Source of the DNA: Candidatus Sumerlaeia bacterium
GTDB lineage: Bacteria; Sumerlaeota; Sumerlaeia; SLMS01
Reading direction: 5' to 3'
Length of the DNA: 30,583 bases
Assembly (NCBI GenBank): GCA_038208905.1
Contig: JBBQYG010000033.1
Coordinates: 1-30,583 of the forward strand
The notes beneath the pieces are model-generated. The model searched no databases, had not been told where the DNA came from, and saw only the letters and a program-made list of their open reading frames with translations. Every line of letters starts with the position of its first letter. The stretch's first letter is position 1. The position numbers were made by a program, and so were the translations under genes. Positions 16,398-24,926 of the stretch are shown piece by piece.

Positions 16398-18398
16398 ATG
16401 GCCCTTTCACTGCAACAGGTCCAGCGACAGACACAGCGGCTTATCATGACGCCGCAGATGCAGCAATCCATCCAATTGCTGCAGATGAACTCAATGGACT
16501 TGGAGCAGCTCATCCGCGCCGAAATGCTGGAGAATCCCTTCCTCGAAATGGGCGACGACGAGGAAGCGCTGGAGTCAGGCCCCGACGACGCCTCCGCAGA
16601 CGATTCCATCGAGATGATCGCCCCAGAGGCTGAATCGGGGCTCTCCGACCAGGCAAAGGAGGCTCCCCCCTCTCTCGAAGATCCCTTCAGCCCTCCAGAC
16701 GTCCCAGACTTCACCGGCGACGGGCCAGCCACCGACCCCGCCGAGAAGGCCGAAGGGTCCGACGACTTCGAGCACATGGCCGATTCCGACGTGGACTGGA
16801 AGGAGCAGTTCGAGGACAGCGACACCGTCTCCACCGCGGGGACACGCGAGGAGGTCGAGGAGAACGACTTCACGACCTACACCAGCTCGCCGGAGAGCCT
16901 GTACGACAACCTCAACCGCCAGCTTCGCCTCTCGATTCTGGCAGGGCGCGATTTGGAAATCGGCCAGTTCATTATTGGCAATCTGAACAACGACGGCTAT
17001 CTGGACTGCTCGCTCCCCAACCTTTGCCTGATGGTCGGCTATCCGCCTGAGATTGCCACCCCCGACAACGCGGGGCCCGTGGAGAAGGTGGACCAAACGC
17101 TCCGTCGTCTCCTCGCGCGCCAGCGCGGCGGGGAGAACCCCGATGCCTTCGCCGGGATGAAGCGCCGCGAACTCCTCTCCCGCGTTACCGCCGAGCTCGT
17201 GGGCTGGTCCTATGACAAGGTGGCGGCGCTCAAGATGGAGGGCCTACACCTGCTCCTGCTGGCCCACCGCATGAAGCGCGATCACGCGGAACTCTCCGCA
17301 TTGCCGCCGGCGGAGGTCGTCCTCGACGCCATTGCGTTCCGGCTCAACGTTTCCCCCGACCGCGTCTTCGACGTGTTGGAAATCATCCACGAATTCGAGC
17401 CGACGGGCATCGCCGCGCGCGACTTGGCGGAGTGCCTCCGACTCCAGTGCGAGGAGCAGGGCATTCGCAACCGCGTGCTCTACACGATCCTCGACGATCA
17501 CCTTCCCGACTTGCAGCAGAAGCGCTTTCGCGAAATCGCCCGGGCCCTTGACGTCCCCGAGGACGAAATCACCAAGGTCTTCCACATCCTTTCCAGCCTG
17601 AACCCCAAGCCCGGCAGCACCACCACCAAGGAAACGCCCCACTACATCACGCCCGACGTATATGTTAAGAAGGTGGACGGCAAGTACATGTACTTCCTGA
17701 ACGAGGGGGACGCGGGGCACCTGAAGGTGGCGGCCAGCTCTCGCCGACTGATTGGCACCAAGGAATCGCGCAAGGCGGCGCGCCAGGACGCCAAGGTGGC
17801 GGCCCACGCCGCCGCCGAGGCGGCGGTGGCCACGGGGGTGATCGGGGGGCCGCCTCCCGCGCAGAACGGAAACCAGTGGGAGGAAGTGAAGTCCTCCCCC
17901 TCGCAGGACTTCGACTACGCCACGGAGAGATACAAGAGCGCCATCTGGCTCATCCGCAACATCGAGAAGCGCAAGTCCACGATCCTTCGCGTGACCGAGT
18001 CGATCATGGACTACCAGAAGGAATTCCTGGAGAAAGGGATCGAGCACCTCCGCCCGCTCACGCTCCGCGACATCGCCGAGCGCGTCGGCATGCACGAGTC
18101 CACCATCGCCAGAGTCACGACGAAAAAGTACGTGGAAACGCCGCGCGGCATCTTCGAGCTGAAGTATTTCTTCTCGAGCGGTCTGGAGACCGACGACGGA
18201 GAGGCGGCCTCGTCGCGCTCCATCAAGGAACTGCTCACCCAGATCATCGGCGCCGAGGAGCGCCGCCGCCCCCTCAGCGACCAGAAGATCGCCGACATGC
18301 TGCGCCAAAAGGGCTTCCAGATCGCCCGCCGCACGGTGGCCAAGTACCGCGAGCAGTTGAAGATCCTGCCGGCGAAGCTGCGCAAGCAGGTGAACTAG
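16398..18398 (+). CDS. rpoN: RNA polymerase sigma-54 factor (enlarged, 666 aa)
   Basis: Region I MTPQMQQSIQLLQM...ENPFLE, EPTGIAARDLAECL, PLTLRDIAERVGMHESTIAR, FELKYFFS and the RpoN box ARRTVAKYRE. Confidence 0.97.
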   Translation: MALSLQQVQRQTQRLIMTPQMQQSIQLLQMNSMDLEQLIRAEMLENPFLEMGDDEEALESGPDDASADDSIEMIAPEAESGLSDQAKEAPPSLEDPFSPPDVPDFTGDGPATDPAEKAEGSDDFEHMADSDVDWKEQFEDSDTVSTAGTREEVEENDFTTYTSSPESLYDNLNRQLRLSILAGRDLEIGQFIIGNLNNDGYLDCSLPNLCLMVGYPPEIATPDNAGPVEKVDQTLRRLLARQRGGENPDAFAGMKRRELLSRVTAELVGWSYDKVAALKMEGLHLLLLAHRMKRDHAELSALPPAEVVLDAIAFRLNVSPDRVFDVLEIIHEFEPTGIAARDLAECLRLQCEEQGIRNRVLYTILDDHLPDLQQKRFREIARALDVPEDEITKVFHILSSLNPKPGSTTTKETPHYITPDVYVKKVDGKYMYFLNEGDAGHLKVAASSRRLIGTKESRKAARQDAKVAAHAAAEAAVATGVIGGPPPAQNGNQWEEVKSSPSQDFDYATERYKSAIWLIRNIEKRKSTILRVTESIMDYQKEFLEKGIEHLRPLTLRDIAERVGMHESTIARVTTKKYVETPRGIFELKYFFSSGLETDDGEAASSRSIKELLTQIIGAEERRRPLSDQKIADMLRQKGFQIARRTVAKYREQLKILPAKLRKQVN

Positions 18399-18475
18399 GA
18401 CTGCTGATCTGTCCGCCCGCGCACACCTGATTATTGTTTGTTGGATACTCTCGGCTCCGGTCGCGCGGGGTCTGC

Positions 18476-18991
18476 TTAGAACGCGCTCATCACGCGCGTC
18501 TGCTTTTGCCCGTCCTCGTTGATCGAAATCGTCGCGGTGAACTTCTTCATGTCGGTCGCTTCGAGTGTTACGGGGATCTGCTTCCCGCGATAGGTCTCCA
18601 TGAACGTCTCCCCCATGTTGACCGTGAAGTCAGCATTGGTCTTCATGTTGTTGAAGCTGGCGAACTTCCTGAGGGGCCCGACCAAGCGCCAGAACTCCGT
18701 CACCTCCTCGATCTTCGGGGGCGCTGGCGTGGGCTTGGGGGGCGCGGGGGTCGGCGGGGGAATTGGGATGATCGTCTCGAAGACGTTCACCTTCCCCATG
18801 CTCATGAACCGACCGCTCTCCGGAGGGGCGGTGCTCTTGTCCCGTTCAATCAGCCGGTCCACCGTGGACTTGACTTGGTCCACCGGGGGCTCGCCGGGCA
18901 GCTCGCGCTTTTGCACGATAATCAACGTCGCGAGGGCGACGATGACGACGAAGAGCGCCCCGTTCACGATCATGAGCCTGCTTGTATTCAT
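18476..18991 (-). CDS. Hypothetical bitopic membrane protein with Pro-rich linker, last gene of the secretion operon (GspC/PilP positional analogue?)
   Basis: MNTSRLMIVNGALFVVIVALATLII TM segment, then PIPPPTPAPPKPTPAPPK and a short beta-rich domain; co-oriented with the operon. Confidence 0.7.
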   Translation of the reverse strand: MNTSRLMIVNGALFVVIVALATLIIVQKRELPGEPPVDQVKSTVDRLIERDKSTAPPESGRFMSMGKVNVFETIIPIPPPTPAPPKPTPAPPKIEEVTEFWRLVGPLRKFASFNNMKTNADFTVNMGETFMETYRGKQIPVTLEATDMKKFTATISINEDGQKQTRVMSAF

Positions 18992-19017
18992 TCCCGATTT
19001 CCTCTCTCGATCGTTTG

Positions 19018-19578
19018 CTATGGGCGGCGGACGCCGAGGCGGCCGCGGGGTTGCTGCTTCTCCGCGATGCGCGCCACTGTCACGCGCGCGGTCACGATGT
19101 CCTTGTCGCGCGTGGACTTCAGGTCCACCTCGCGGAAGATCAGGCCATTGTCCTCGAAGGTGAGTAGCAGCTTGACCGTGTTGGCGAAGGTTCCCTCCGT
19201 CCGCACGGCCACGTTCACCAGCTCGTAGTCGTCCACGTCCTTGATCTCCTCCACGTCGGGCTTGATGGGCGGGAAGTCGAACCCGTGCTTCTTGCACATG
19301 TCCGAAACGTGGGCGGTGAAGGCCAGCGCGGGGCTCAGGTTCTTGTCGTCGGCCTTGGGCAGATCGCCCACGCGGCGGTACTCGCGCTCGATCATATAGA
19401 TGTCACCGAGCGCGTCGAGGTTGTCCTTGAAGCGGTTCTCCGCCGACGCGACGGCGCTGTTGCCGGAAAACGCCGAGTCGAAAACCTTCTCCACGCCGAA
19501 CGACCAAGCCGCATAGACGAGAACCACGACGATGGTGATGACGAGGAGTGTTTTCTCCCGCTTGCCCATGTTGTTCAT
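19018..19578 (-). CDS. PilO/GspM-like inner-membrane platform protein
   Basis: KREKTLL followed by a TM segment, coiled coil and ferredoxin-like C-terminus (VAVRTEGTFANTVKLLLTFE); follows pilMN; GGAGAG RBS. Confidence 0.75.
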   Translation of the reverse strand: MNNMGKREKTLLVITIVVVLVYAAWSFGVEKVFDSAFSGNSAVASAENRFKDNLDALGDIYMIEREYRRVGDLPKADDKNLSPALAFTAHVSDMCKKHGFDFPPIKPDVEEIKDVDDYELVNVAVRTEGTFANTVKLLLTFEDNGLIFREVDLKSTRDKDIVTARVTVARIAEKQQPRGRLGVRRP

Positions 19579-19579
19579 G

Positions 19580-21262
19580 TTAGTCTCTCTCCTGATCGCC
19601 AAAGCGCTGAAGCATTGCCTGAATCGTAAACGACTGCACCGTGCCGCGCCCCTGACTTAGGTCGATGGGGAGCGGTTGCGGCAGCCCGACGGTCGCAAAG
19701 ACTGGCTCGCCGTCCACGGTTAGCGTCTTGAGGAACTCGGCGAAGCGCTGCATGTCGTCGAACTCAACCGCCATGCCGCCGATCGTCACTTCGTCGCGTG
19801 CCGAGTACTTGAACTCCGTCAGAACGAGGCCGCCCCCCGCCTTCGAACTGCCGATGCGGGGGAACGTGGAAATCTGGTCCATGATCACCAGGGGATTGGT
19901 GCGGTCGCTGGTGATCTTCATGATCACGTCGAGTTGCTCCTTCTTGCGGGCCAGCTCGTCGATGGTGGGCTTCATCGTCTGGTTGTACTTTCCATAGCGC
20001 TTGAGCAATTCGCCGTTGTGGCGCGCCTGGGTATCCCACGCCAGATAGAGCAGAATCATTGTGATGACGACCATCGTGCCGGAGATCATCAGGAGGACAC
20101 GCCGTTCCGACGCCCGCTGCTGCTGGATCATGCTGGGCGGCAGGAGGTTCGCGCGGCCCGCGCGAAGGGCTGGCTCCTCTTCCTCCTCCACCAGCCGGAT
20201 CGCCGTTCCCAGCACAGCCGACATATCCTGAACGGAGAGGCCGTTGAGGCGCGCGGTGTCGGGAATTTCGACGCCCTCGCCGGGAACCAGCACCTGCACG
20301 GGAGTGTTCAGGTTGATCGAGATCGCCTGGGCGATCCCCTTTAGTTCCGATGCCTCGCCGGTCAGTTGGATGACCGACGCGGGGGGAACCGAGTGCTCCC
20401 GCGCCGCGTGCTCGAAGGTCTGGCGGATGAAGCGAATCTCGCGCTGGATCCACGCGCGGCACTTTTCCCCAACGCCCGTTGGTGACGCGCCGCCGCCATC
20501 CCCCTCGGCGCTGCTGGTGCTGCCGCCGTCGAGGAGGAAATCGTCGGGGCTCATGACGTCGAGCTTTGCGAGCTGGTCGGCCTGAATCGCCTCGGGAAGG
20601 TGCATCGCCTCCTGCAAGTCCTTCAGCAGCTTGTCCACGCCCATCGCCTGGGAACGGCTGGTGATCAGGATGCCGCCGAGGAGGATGCTCATCTCCGTCT
20701 GGCTCTTGCCGATGTTGAGCAACACCACGCAGGCGTCGTGGGGGACCTCGGGATTGCGCGACTGCCATGTGCGCGCGTGCGCCACGGAGGAGACCTCCGC
20801 CACGGCGATTTCCAGCCCCGCGGCCTTGGCGGTGGAAATCGCCGCCTCGATCACCGGACCATCCACCGCGGTGATCAACACTTGGCTTCCCGCGACCGCG
20901 TCCACCTGCTGGACGCAGTTGCTGATGATGTGGCGCTCGGCGTTGAAGGGGATGAATTTCTCCGCCTCGAATTGCGCCATGCCGACCAGTTCCACCGCGT
21001 CGGAGGAGGGGAGCCGCGCGCTTCGCACGATGGAGTTCTGCTTGGGAATCACGAGCCCGCATGGCGCGGGCGGGACCTTGTGCTTTTTCAGCGCCTCGCG
21101 CAGGCGCGTGCCGCGCTGGGCGAAACCCTCCTCGTCCTTCTCCAGATCGGAGAAGTCCACGGCGAATGCAACCTCCAGCAGGGGGGTGGCTTTCTTGCGC
21201 GTGGAAAGGAGGACAAACTTTGCCTCGCTCTCGTTCAGTTCCAGTGCGGCGAATTTCGGCAT
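19580..21262 (-). CDS. PilM-PilN fusion (GspL-like) assembly platform protein
   Basis: Actin-like PilM region (AALELNESEAKFV, FEAEKFIPF, VLLNIGKSQTEM, IQLTGEAS), then the PilN-type ANLLP motif, a TM segment and a periplasmic PilN domain; start MPKFAA at 21262. Confidence 0.82.
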   Translation of the reverse strand: MPKFAALELNESEAKFVLLSTRKKATPLLEVAFAVDFSDLEKDEEGFAQRGTRLREALKKHKVPPAPCGLVIPKQNSIVRSARLPSSDAVELVGMAQFEAEKFIPFNAERHIISNCVQQVDAVAGSQVLITAVDGPVIEAAISTAKAAGLEIAVAEVSSVAHARTWQSRNPEVPHDACVVLLNIGKSQTEMSILLGGILITSRSQAMGVDKLLKDLQEAMHLPEAIQADQLAKLDVMSPDDFLLDGGSTSSAEGDGGGASPTGVGEKCRAWIQREIRFIRQTFEHAAREHSVPPASVIQLTGEASELKGIAQAISINLNTPVQVLVPGEGVEIPDTARLNGLSVQDMSAVLGTAIRLVEEEEEPALRAGRANLLPPSMIQQQRASERRVLLMISGTMVVITMILLYLAWDTQARHNGELLKRYGKYNQTMKPTIDELARKKEQLDVIMKITSDRTNPLVIMDQISTFPRIGSSKAGGGLVLTEFKYSARDEVTIGGMAVEFDDMQRFAEFLKTLTVDGEPVFATVGLPQPLPIDLSQGRGTVQSFTIQAMLQRFGDQERD

Positions 21263-21293
21263 GGTCGTTCGGTGGAGTTCCGTTGCTCGGGGA

Positions 21294-22583
21294 TTAGTCC
21301 TGGTACGCCTGAAGAATTCGGACGTAGGGGTACAGCACCTGAAGCTCGTTCTTGTTGTTTTCCCGGCGCTCGTAGCGGCCCGAGTTGCGCTCGCGCGCCT
21401 CCTGCGCCCGGTCGTTGTACTCGAAGCTCTCCACGCGCTGCAGCGGCGCAAGCTGGCGATGGACCAGCACTTCCATCCGCGCGCGGACGTTGCCGACGAC
21501 GCCCTCCGAAATGATCCGGTACGTTGGGGAGGAAACCCCGAATGCCATCACGCCGCCGCCCGCCTGAAGAACGCTCTGAAGTTCCGGGTTGGCCTGCACC
21601 TCCGTCGTCGTCTTGAAGGCGCTGCTGTTGTCGATGTCGTGGTCTTTCCCGCCACGACGCGTGCGGACGACGCGCTCCGCAAAGCGGTCGCCGTCGGTCT
21701 CGCCCGCGGCTTCGGCGAAGGCCGCCAGCACATGCGCCGGCGCCGTGTTCATGTTGATGGAGCCGGGGCCGTTAACCGTGATGTAGTCGCGCAGGCCAAG
21801 CACGGGGCCGTCGCTCCGGCTGCGGCGCTTCTCCTTGATCTGGAACCTGTCGCCTTCCACCTGAATAAGCTGGGGCGCGAAGTACTCGGCTTCCGGCGAG
21901 CCGGGGCCGAAGAACAACTCCGCCGTGACGCCCGGAATCTCCAGAAGTTCCTCCACCGTGAGGAAGCTCTCGTTCCGCATCCGAAGCGGCTGCACCTTCG
22001 TGGGATCGGTCTCGCCGCCGGCGTCCTCGTTGATCAGCACGGCGTACGCACGGCCTTCTTCGTTGGAGGGCGTATTGGGGAGCGTCGGAATCGTGTCGCC
22101 GTCGCGCCAGTCCACGATCAGCCCGGCGACGAACTTGGCGTCTTCCTCTTCATATCCAATCCGCTCCATGATCTTCTGAAGGAGGACCATGTTGGTGCCG
22201 CCGATGAAATTGATATTGATCAGGCCGCTCTCGTCGAACACCACGGCATTGAAGTAGCCGTCGCGTTCCTTGTCCTTCCCAAGCACGACCTCCTCCTTGC
22301 CCTCCTCGATGCGCGCCCACACGTCGCCCTCGGCGTCGAAGTAGCGCTGCTGCTCGTCGGACGCATCATAGAGGAGGTCGTTGCGCAGATCGATGATCGA
22401 CTTTGCCACGCCGGCCCGCGCGAGGGCCTGGGCCTTGAGGTACTTCTTGCGCGACGCTGTGATCGTTGTCTCCGTCGTCACCTGAAACAGGAGCGAATAG
22501 GCGATCATCGCGAGGACGATGAGGATCCACAGCACGAGGACGAGGATCACGGCGCGGTCCTGCCGCTTGACGATGCGCCTCAT
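21294..22583 (-). CDS. gspK: Type II secretion minor pseudopilin GspK-like
   Basis: AVILVLVLWILIVL N-terminus, DESGLININ, IVDWRDGD, TVEELLEIPGVT and INMNTAPAHVL motifs. Confidence 0.9.
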   Translation of the reverse strand: MRRIVKRQDRAVILVLVLWILIVLAMIAYSLLFQVTTETTITASRKKYLKAQALARAGVAKSIIDLRNDLLYDASDEQQRYFDAEGDVWARIEEGKEEVVLGKDKERDGYFNAVVFDESGLININFIGGTNMVLLQKIMERIGYEEEDAKFVAGLIVDWRDGDTIPTLPNTPSNEEGRAYAVLINEDAGGETDPTKVQPLRMRNESFLTVEELLEIPGVTAELFFGPGSPEAEYFAPQLIQVEGDRFQIKEKRRSRSDGPVLGLRDYITVNGPGSINMNTAPAHVLAAFAEAAGETDGDRFAERVVRTRRGGKDHDIDNSSAFKTTTEVQANPELQSVLQAGGGVMAFGVSSPTYRIISEGVVGNVRARMEVLVHRQLAPLQRVESFEYNDRAQEARERNSGRYERRENNKNELQVLYPYVRILQAYQD

Positions 22584-23659
22584 CGGTTACTCCCCGAGAT
22601 ACCGGGAAAGACCAGGTGATAGGCCTGGTCGCGCTGCTCGCGTTCGTTCTCGCGGTCGTCCTCCGCCAGCTCCGGCCAGGGCGTGTAGGTTTCCTCCGCG
22701 GGGAGGACCTTGATAATCCGCTCGAAGGTCGCCGTGCGGTTCTCTCGCTGCGGATCGGAGAGCGTCAGCTTGACCCGAATCGCCGACGGCAGGCGATCCA
22801 GCGGCTCTGTTGTCTGGTCGTTCAGGAAGTCATTCCAGCCGGGATCGCCGGGCTTGATCGATGTGTCGGCCTGCGCGCCGCTATCGGCCTCCTCGCGGCG
22901 CTGGTCGGCCCAATAGTCCCCAAAAACCTGACGCGGGTTCTTGATGAGCCGGTTGCTGGAGTTCCACTTCTCCACCTCGTACCACTGACTGTCGTACCAG
23001 AAGGTGTAGGAGATGTCGAATCCCGTCACTGCCTCGGCGAGCCGCGTGTAGAGCGGCGGGCGCGCCTGGCCGACGGTCTCGCCGAAGGCGTTCCGCGCGG
23101 GAGCCTCCACGTTGTCCTCGCTGCGCACGAGCCAGCCCTTCTCCACGAAGTACTTCACGCGGGAAATGCCGAGCGGGCGATAGTTGCCGCCAAGGTTCAA
23201 GGGATGGCGCACGGCGAAGGTCAGACTGTCGAGCTTGCCGTTGTCTTCGCCGGCCATCTGCAAATCCACGATGCGCCCTTGGTCGTAGGGATTGCCGACG
23301 CTTCCCGTGTTCTCTGGATCATTGGGATCGCCGTACTTGGTGTAGAAGTCCTCCCAGCTCGAGTTGGCCTCGGCCTGGAGGCGCGCAGCCTCCATTTCCT
23401 CGATCTGGCGGGTGATCTCGATATTGTAGGAGGTCTCGTCGCGGAAGAAGATGTTCGTGGTGTCGCGCTCTACGGAATCGAGCGCGAAGCGCGCGCGGGA
23501 GATCAGCTCCGATTCGCGCTGCCCCGTTGCCTGGGTGCGCACCGCGGCGGAAAAAACCGAAAACACCACGAGCGACACGAGCCCGAAGACAGTCAGGGCC
23601 ACCATCACTTCCAGTACCGTGAAGCCCCCGCGGGAGCGATGGAGTGACCGGATCGCCAT
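22580..23659 (-). CDS. Prepilin-type protein, GspJ-like minor pseudopilin
   Basis: RGG/FTVLEVMVAL class III signal; C-terminal LPSAIRVKLTL typical of GspJ; overlaps the gspK start. Confidence 0.85.
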   Translation of the reverse strand: MAIRSLHRSRGGFTVLEVMVALTVFGLVSLVVFSVFSAAVRTQATGQRESELISRARFALDSVERDTTNIFFRDETSYNIEITRQIEEMEAARLQAEANSSWEDFYTKYGDPNDPENTGSVGNPYDQGRIVDLQMAGEDNGKLDSLTFAVRHPLNLGGNYRPLGISRVKYFVEKGWLVRSEDNVEAPARNAFGETVGQARPPLYTRLAEAVTGFDISYTFWYDSQWYEVEKWNSSNRLIKNPRQVFGDYWADQRREEADSGAQADTSIKPGDPGWNDFLNDQTTEPLDRLPSAIRVKLTLSDPQRENRTATFERIIKVLPAEETYTPWPELAEDDRENEREQRDQAYHLVFPGISGSNR

Positions 23660-24147
23660 CAGAATATCTGGTTCTCCTGCAGGGCGGGGATGCTGTAGAT
23701 GTCGGCCTCGAGCTGGATCGTATCTATATCGATATACGCGGACTTCTCGCCGAAGGCGTCCTCGTGCAGGATTCGGATGTTCACGATGTAGGCCGCCTCC
23801 AAGTCCTGCTGGAGTTTCCCCGGCGGGCGCTCCTCATAGTCGGGCTCCTCGGCCTCCACGTCCAGCTCCCAGAACCAGCCTTTGAAATCCTCGCCAAAGC
23901 GCGAGTCCAGGGAGAACTCGCCGTCGTAGCGTCCCTCCGCGGGCGGCTCCATGATCATGTCGTCCATCAGGGTCCGCGCCAGCAGGATCGCCTGCTCGTT
24001 GAGCTTCACGCGCTTCAAGGTATCCAGGGACAGCACGAAACCCTTCATCAGCGCGACGAGGCCGACGGCGATGATCACCATGGCGACCATCACCTCCAGC
24101 AGCACGAAGGCGCGCCGGAAGACGGTGCGGTGCCTCAGTTGCCCCAT
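23659..24147 (-). CDS. Prepilin-type protein, GspI-like minor pseudopilin
   Basis: RRA/FVLLEVMVAMVIIAVGL class III signal; position between the H-like and J-like genes. Confidence 0.82.
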   Translation of the reverse strand: MGQLRHRTVFRRAFVLLEVMVAMVIIAVGLVALMKGFVLSLDTLKRVKLNEQAILLARTLMDDMIMEPPAEGRYDGEFSLDSRFGEDFKGWFWELDVEAEEPDYEERPPGKLQQDLEAAYIVNIRILHEDAFGEKSAYIDIDTIQLEADIYSIPALQENQIF

Positions 24148-24926
24148 CGCTGGGCCCCCGAGTAGTAGGCGTCGGCGCCCTCGCGCTGGATCGTGTCGCG
24201 CGCCTTGGCCCGATCCATGATGCGCTCGGCGATGTCCTTGTAGTAGTCCACCCGCTCATCCTCGTTCCATCCCGAGGTCCTGCTGAATCCCTCCCCGGGC
24301 TTGGGGCCGTTCCCGAGGTCTTCGAGGCTTTCGGAATAGCCAAAGAGCGCGGGGTCAAGCCCCTGCTCGCGCAGCTTCTTCGCGAAGCTCTTCGGCGCGC
24401 CGGCGTAGATCTCCGGCTTTCCCGTCACGCGGTCAAAGTCCACCGTCATCGTCTTGTCGGACTTCGCGCCGACTTCGAGCTGGATCCCGGAACTCGTCCC
24501 GTTGGGGAAGAAGCGAATCCGAATCTCTTCCTCGGCGAGGTCGAGATCCTCCTCGTTCTGCTTGGCCGACGTGAGTTCGACCAGATTCGGGAACTTGCGC
24601 TCGCGCTCCTCGTCCCTCTCGCCGGGCTTGGCGTCGTCGCGGTCGCGCCGCCGTCGTTCCTCGAAGAGCGGCTCGGGCCCCGGCGATGAAAGGTCCATGT
24701 GCCACTTCGCCTCCGCGGGCTTGAACACCAGCGCGGTCTGCCGTCCCTCGACGATGGCGAGCTGGCGCGCCAGCAGGCCAGCCGACGCGATGTCACCGGT
24801 GGCCGAGCGCAGGCTTTGGCGCTCCCTGGGCCCCGCCATGTTCGGGAGCACCGTCGCGATCAGCACGGCAAGGATCACGATCACGATCATGGTCTCCAGG
24901 AAGGTGAATCCGCGTTGGCGCCTCAC
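24135..24926 (-). CDS. Prepilin-type protein, GspH/FimT-like with C-terminal extension
   Basis: GTG start at 24926 overlaps the gspF stop (GTGA); QRG/FTFLETMIVIVIL, ARQLAI and IRFFPNGTSSG. The upstream part of track ORF 24135..25394 is a gspF shadow. Confidence 0.85.
   Translation of the reverse strand: MRRQRGFTFLETMIVIVILAVLIATVLPNMAGPRERQSLRSATGDIASAGLLARQLAIVEGRQTALVFKPAEAKWHMDLSSPGPEPLFEERRRRDRDDAKPGERDEERERKFPNLVELTSAKQNEEDLDLAEEEIRIRFFPNGTSSGIQLEVGAKSDKTMTVDFDRVTGKPEIYAGAPKSFAKKLREQGLDPALFGYSESLEDLGNGPKPGEGFSRTSGWNEDERVDYYKDIAERIMDRAKARDTIQREGADAYYSGAQRWGN

Noticed and set aside
17016-17324. RpoN insertion as an intein
   Set aside because: No C-terminal His-Asn followed by Cys/Ser/Thr and no recognisable splicing blocks; the insert looks helical and repetitive.
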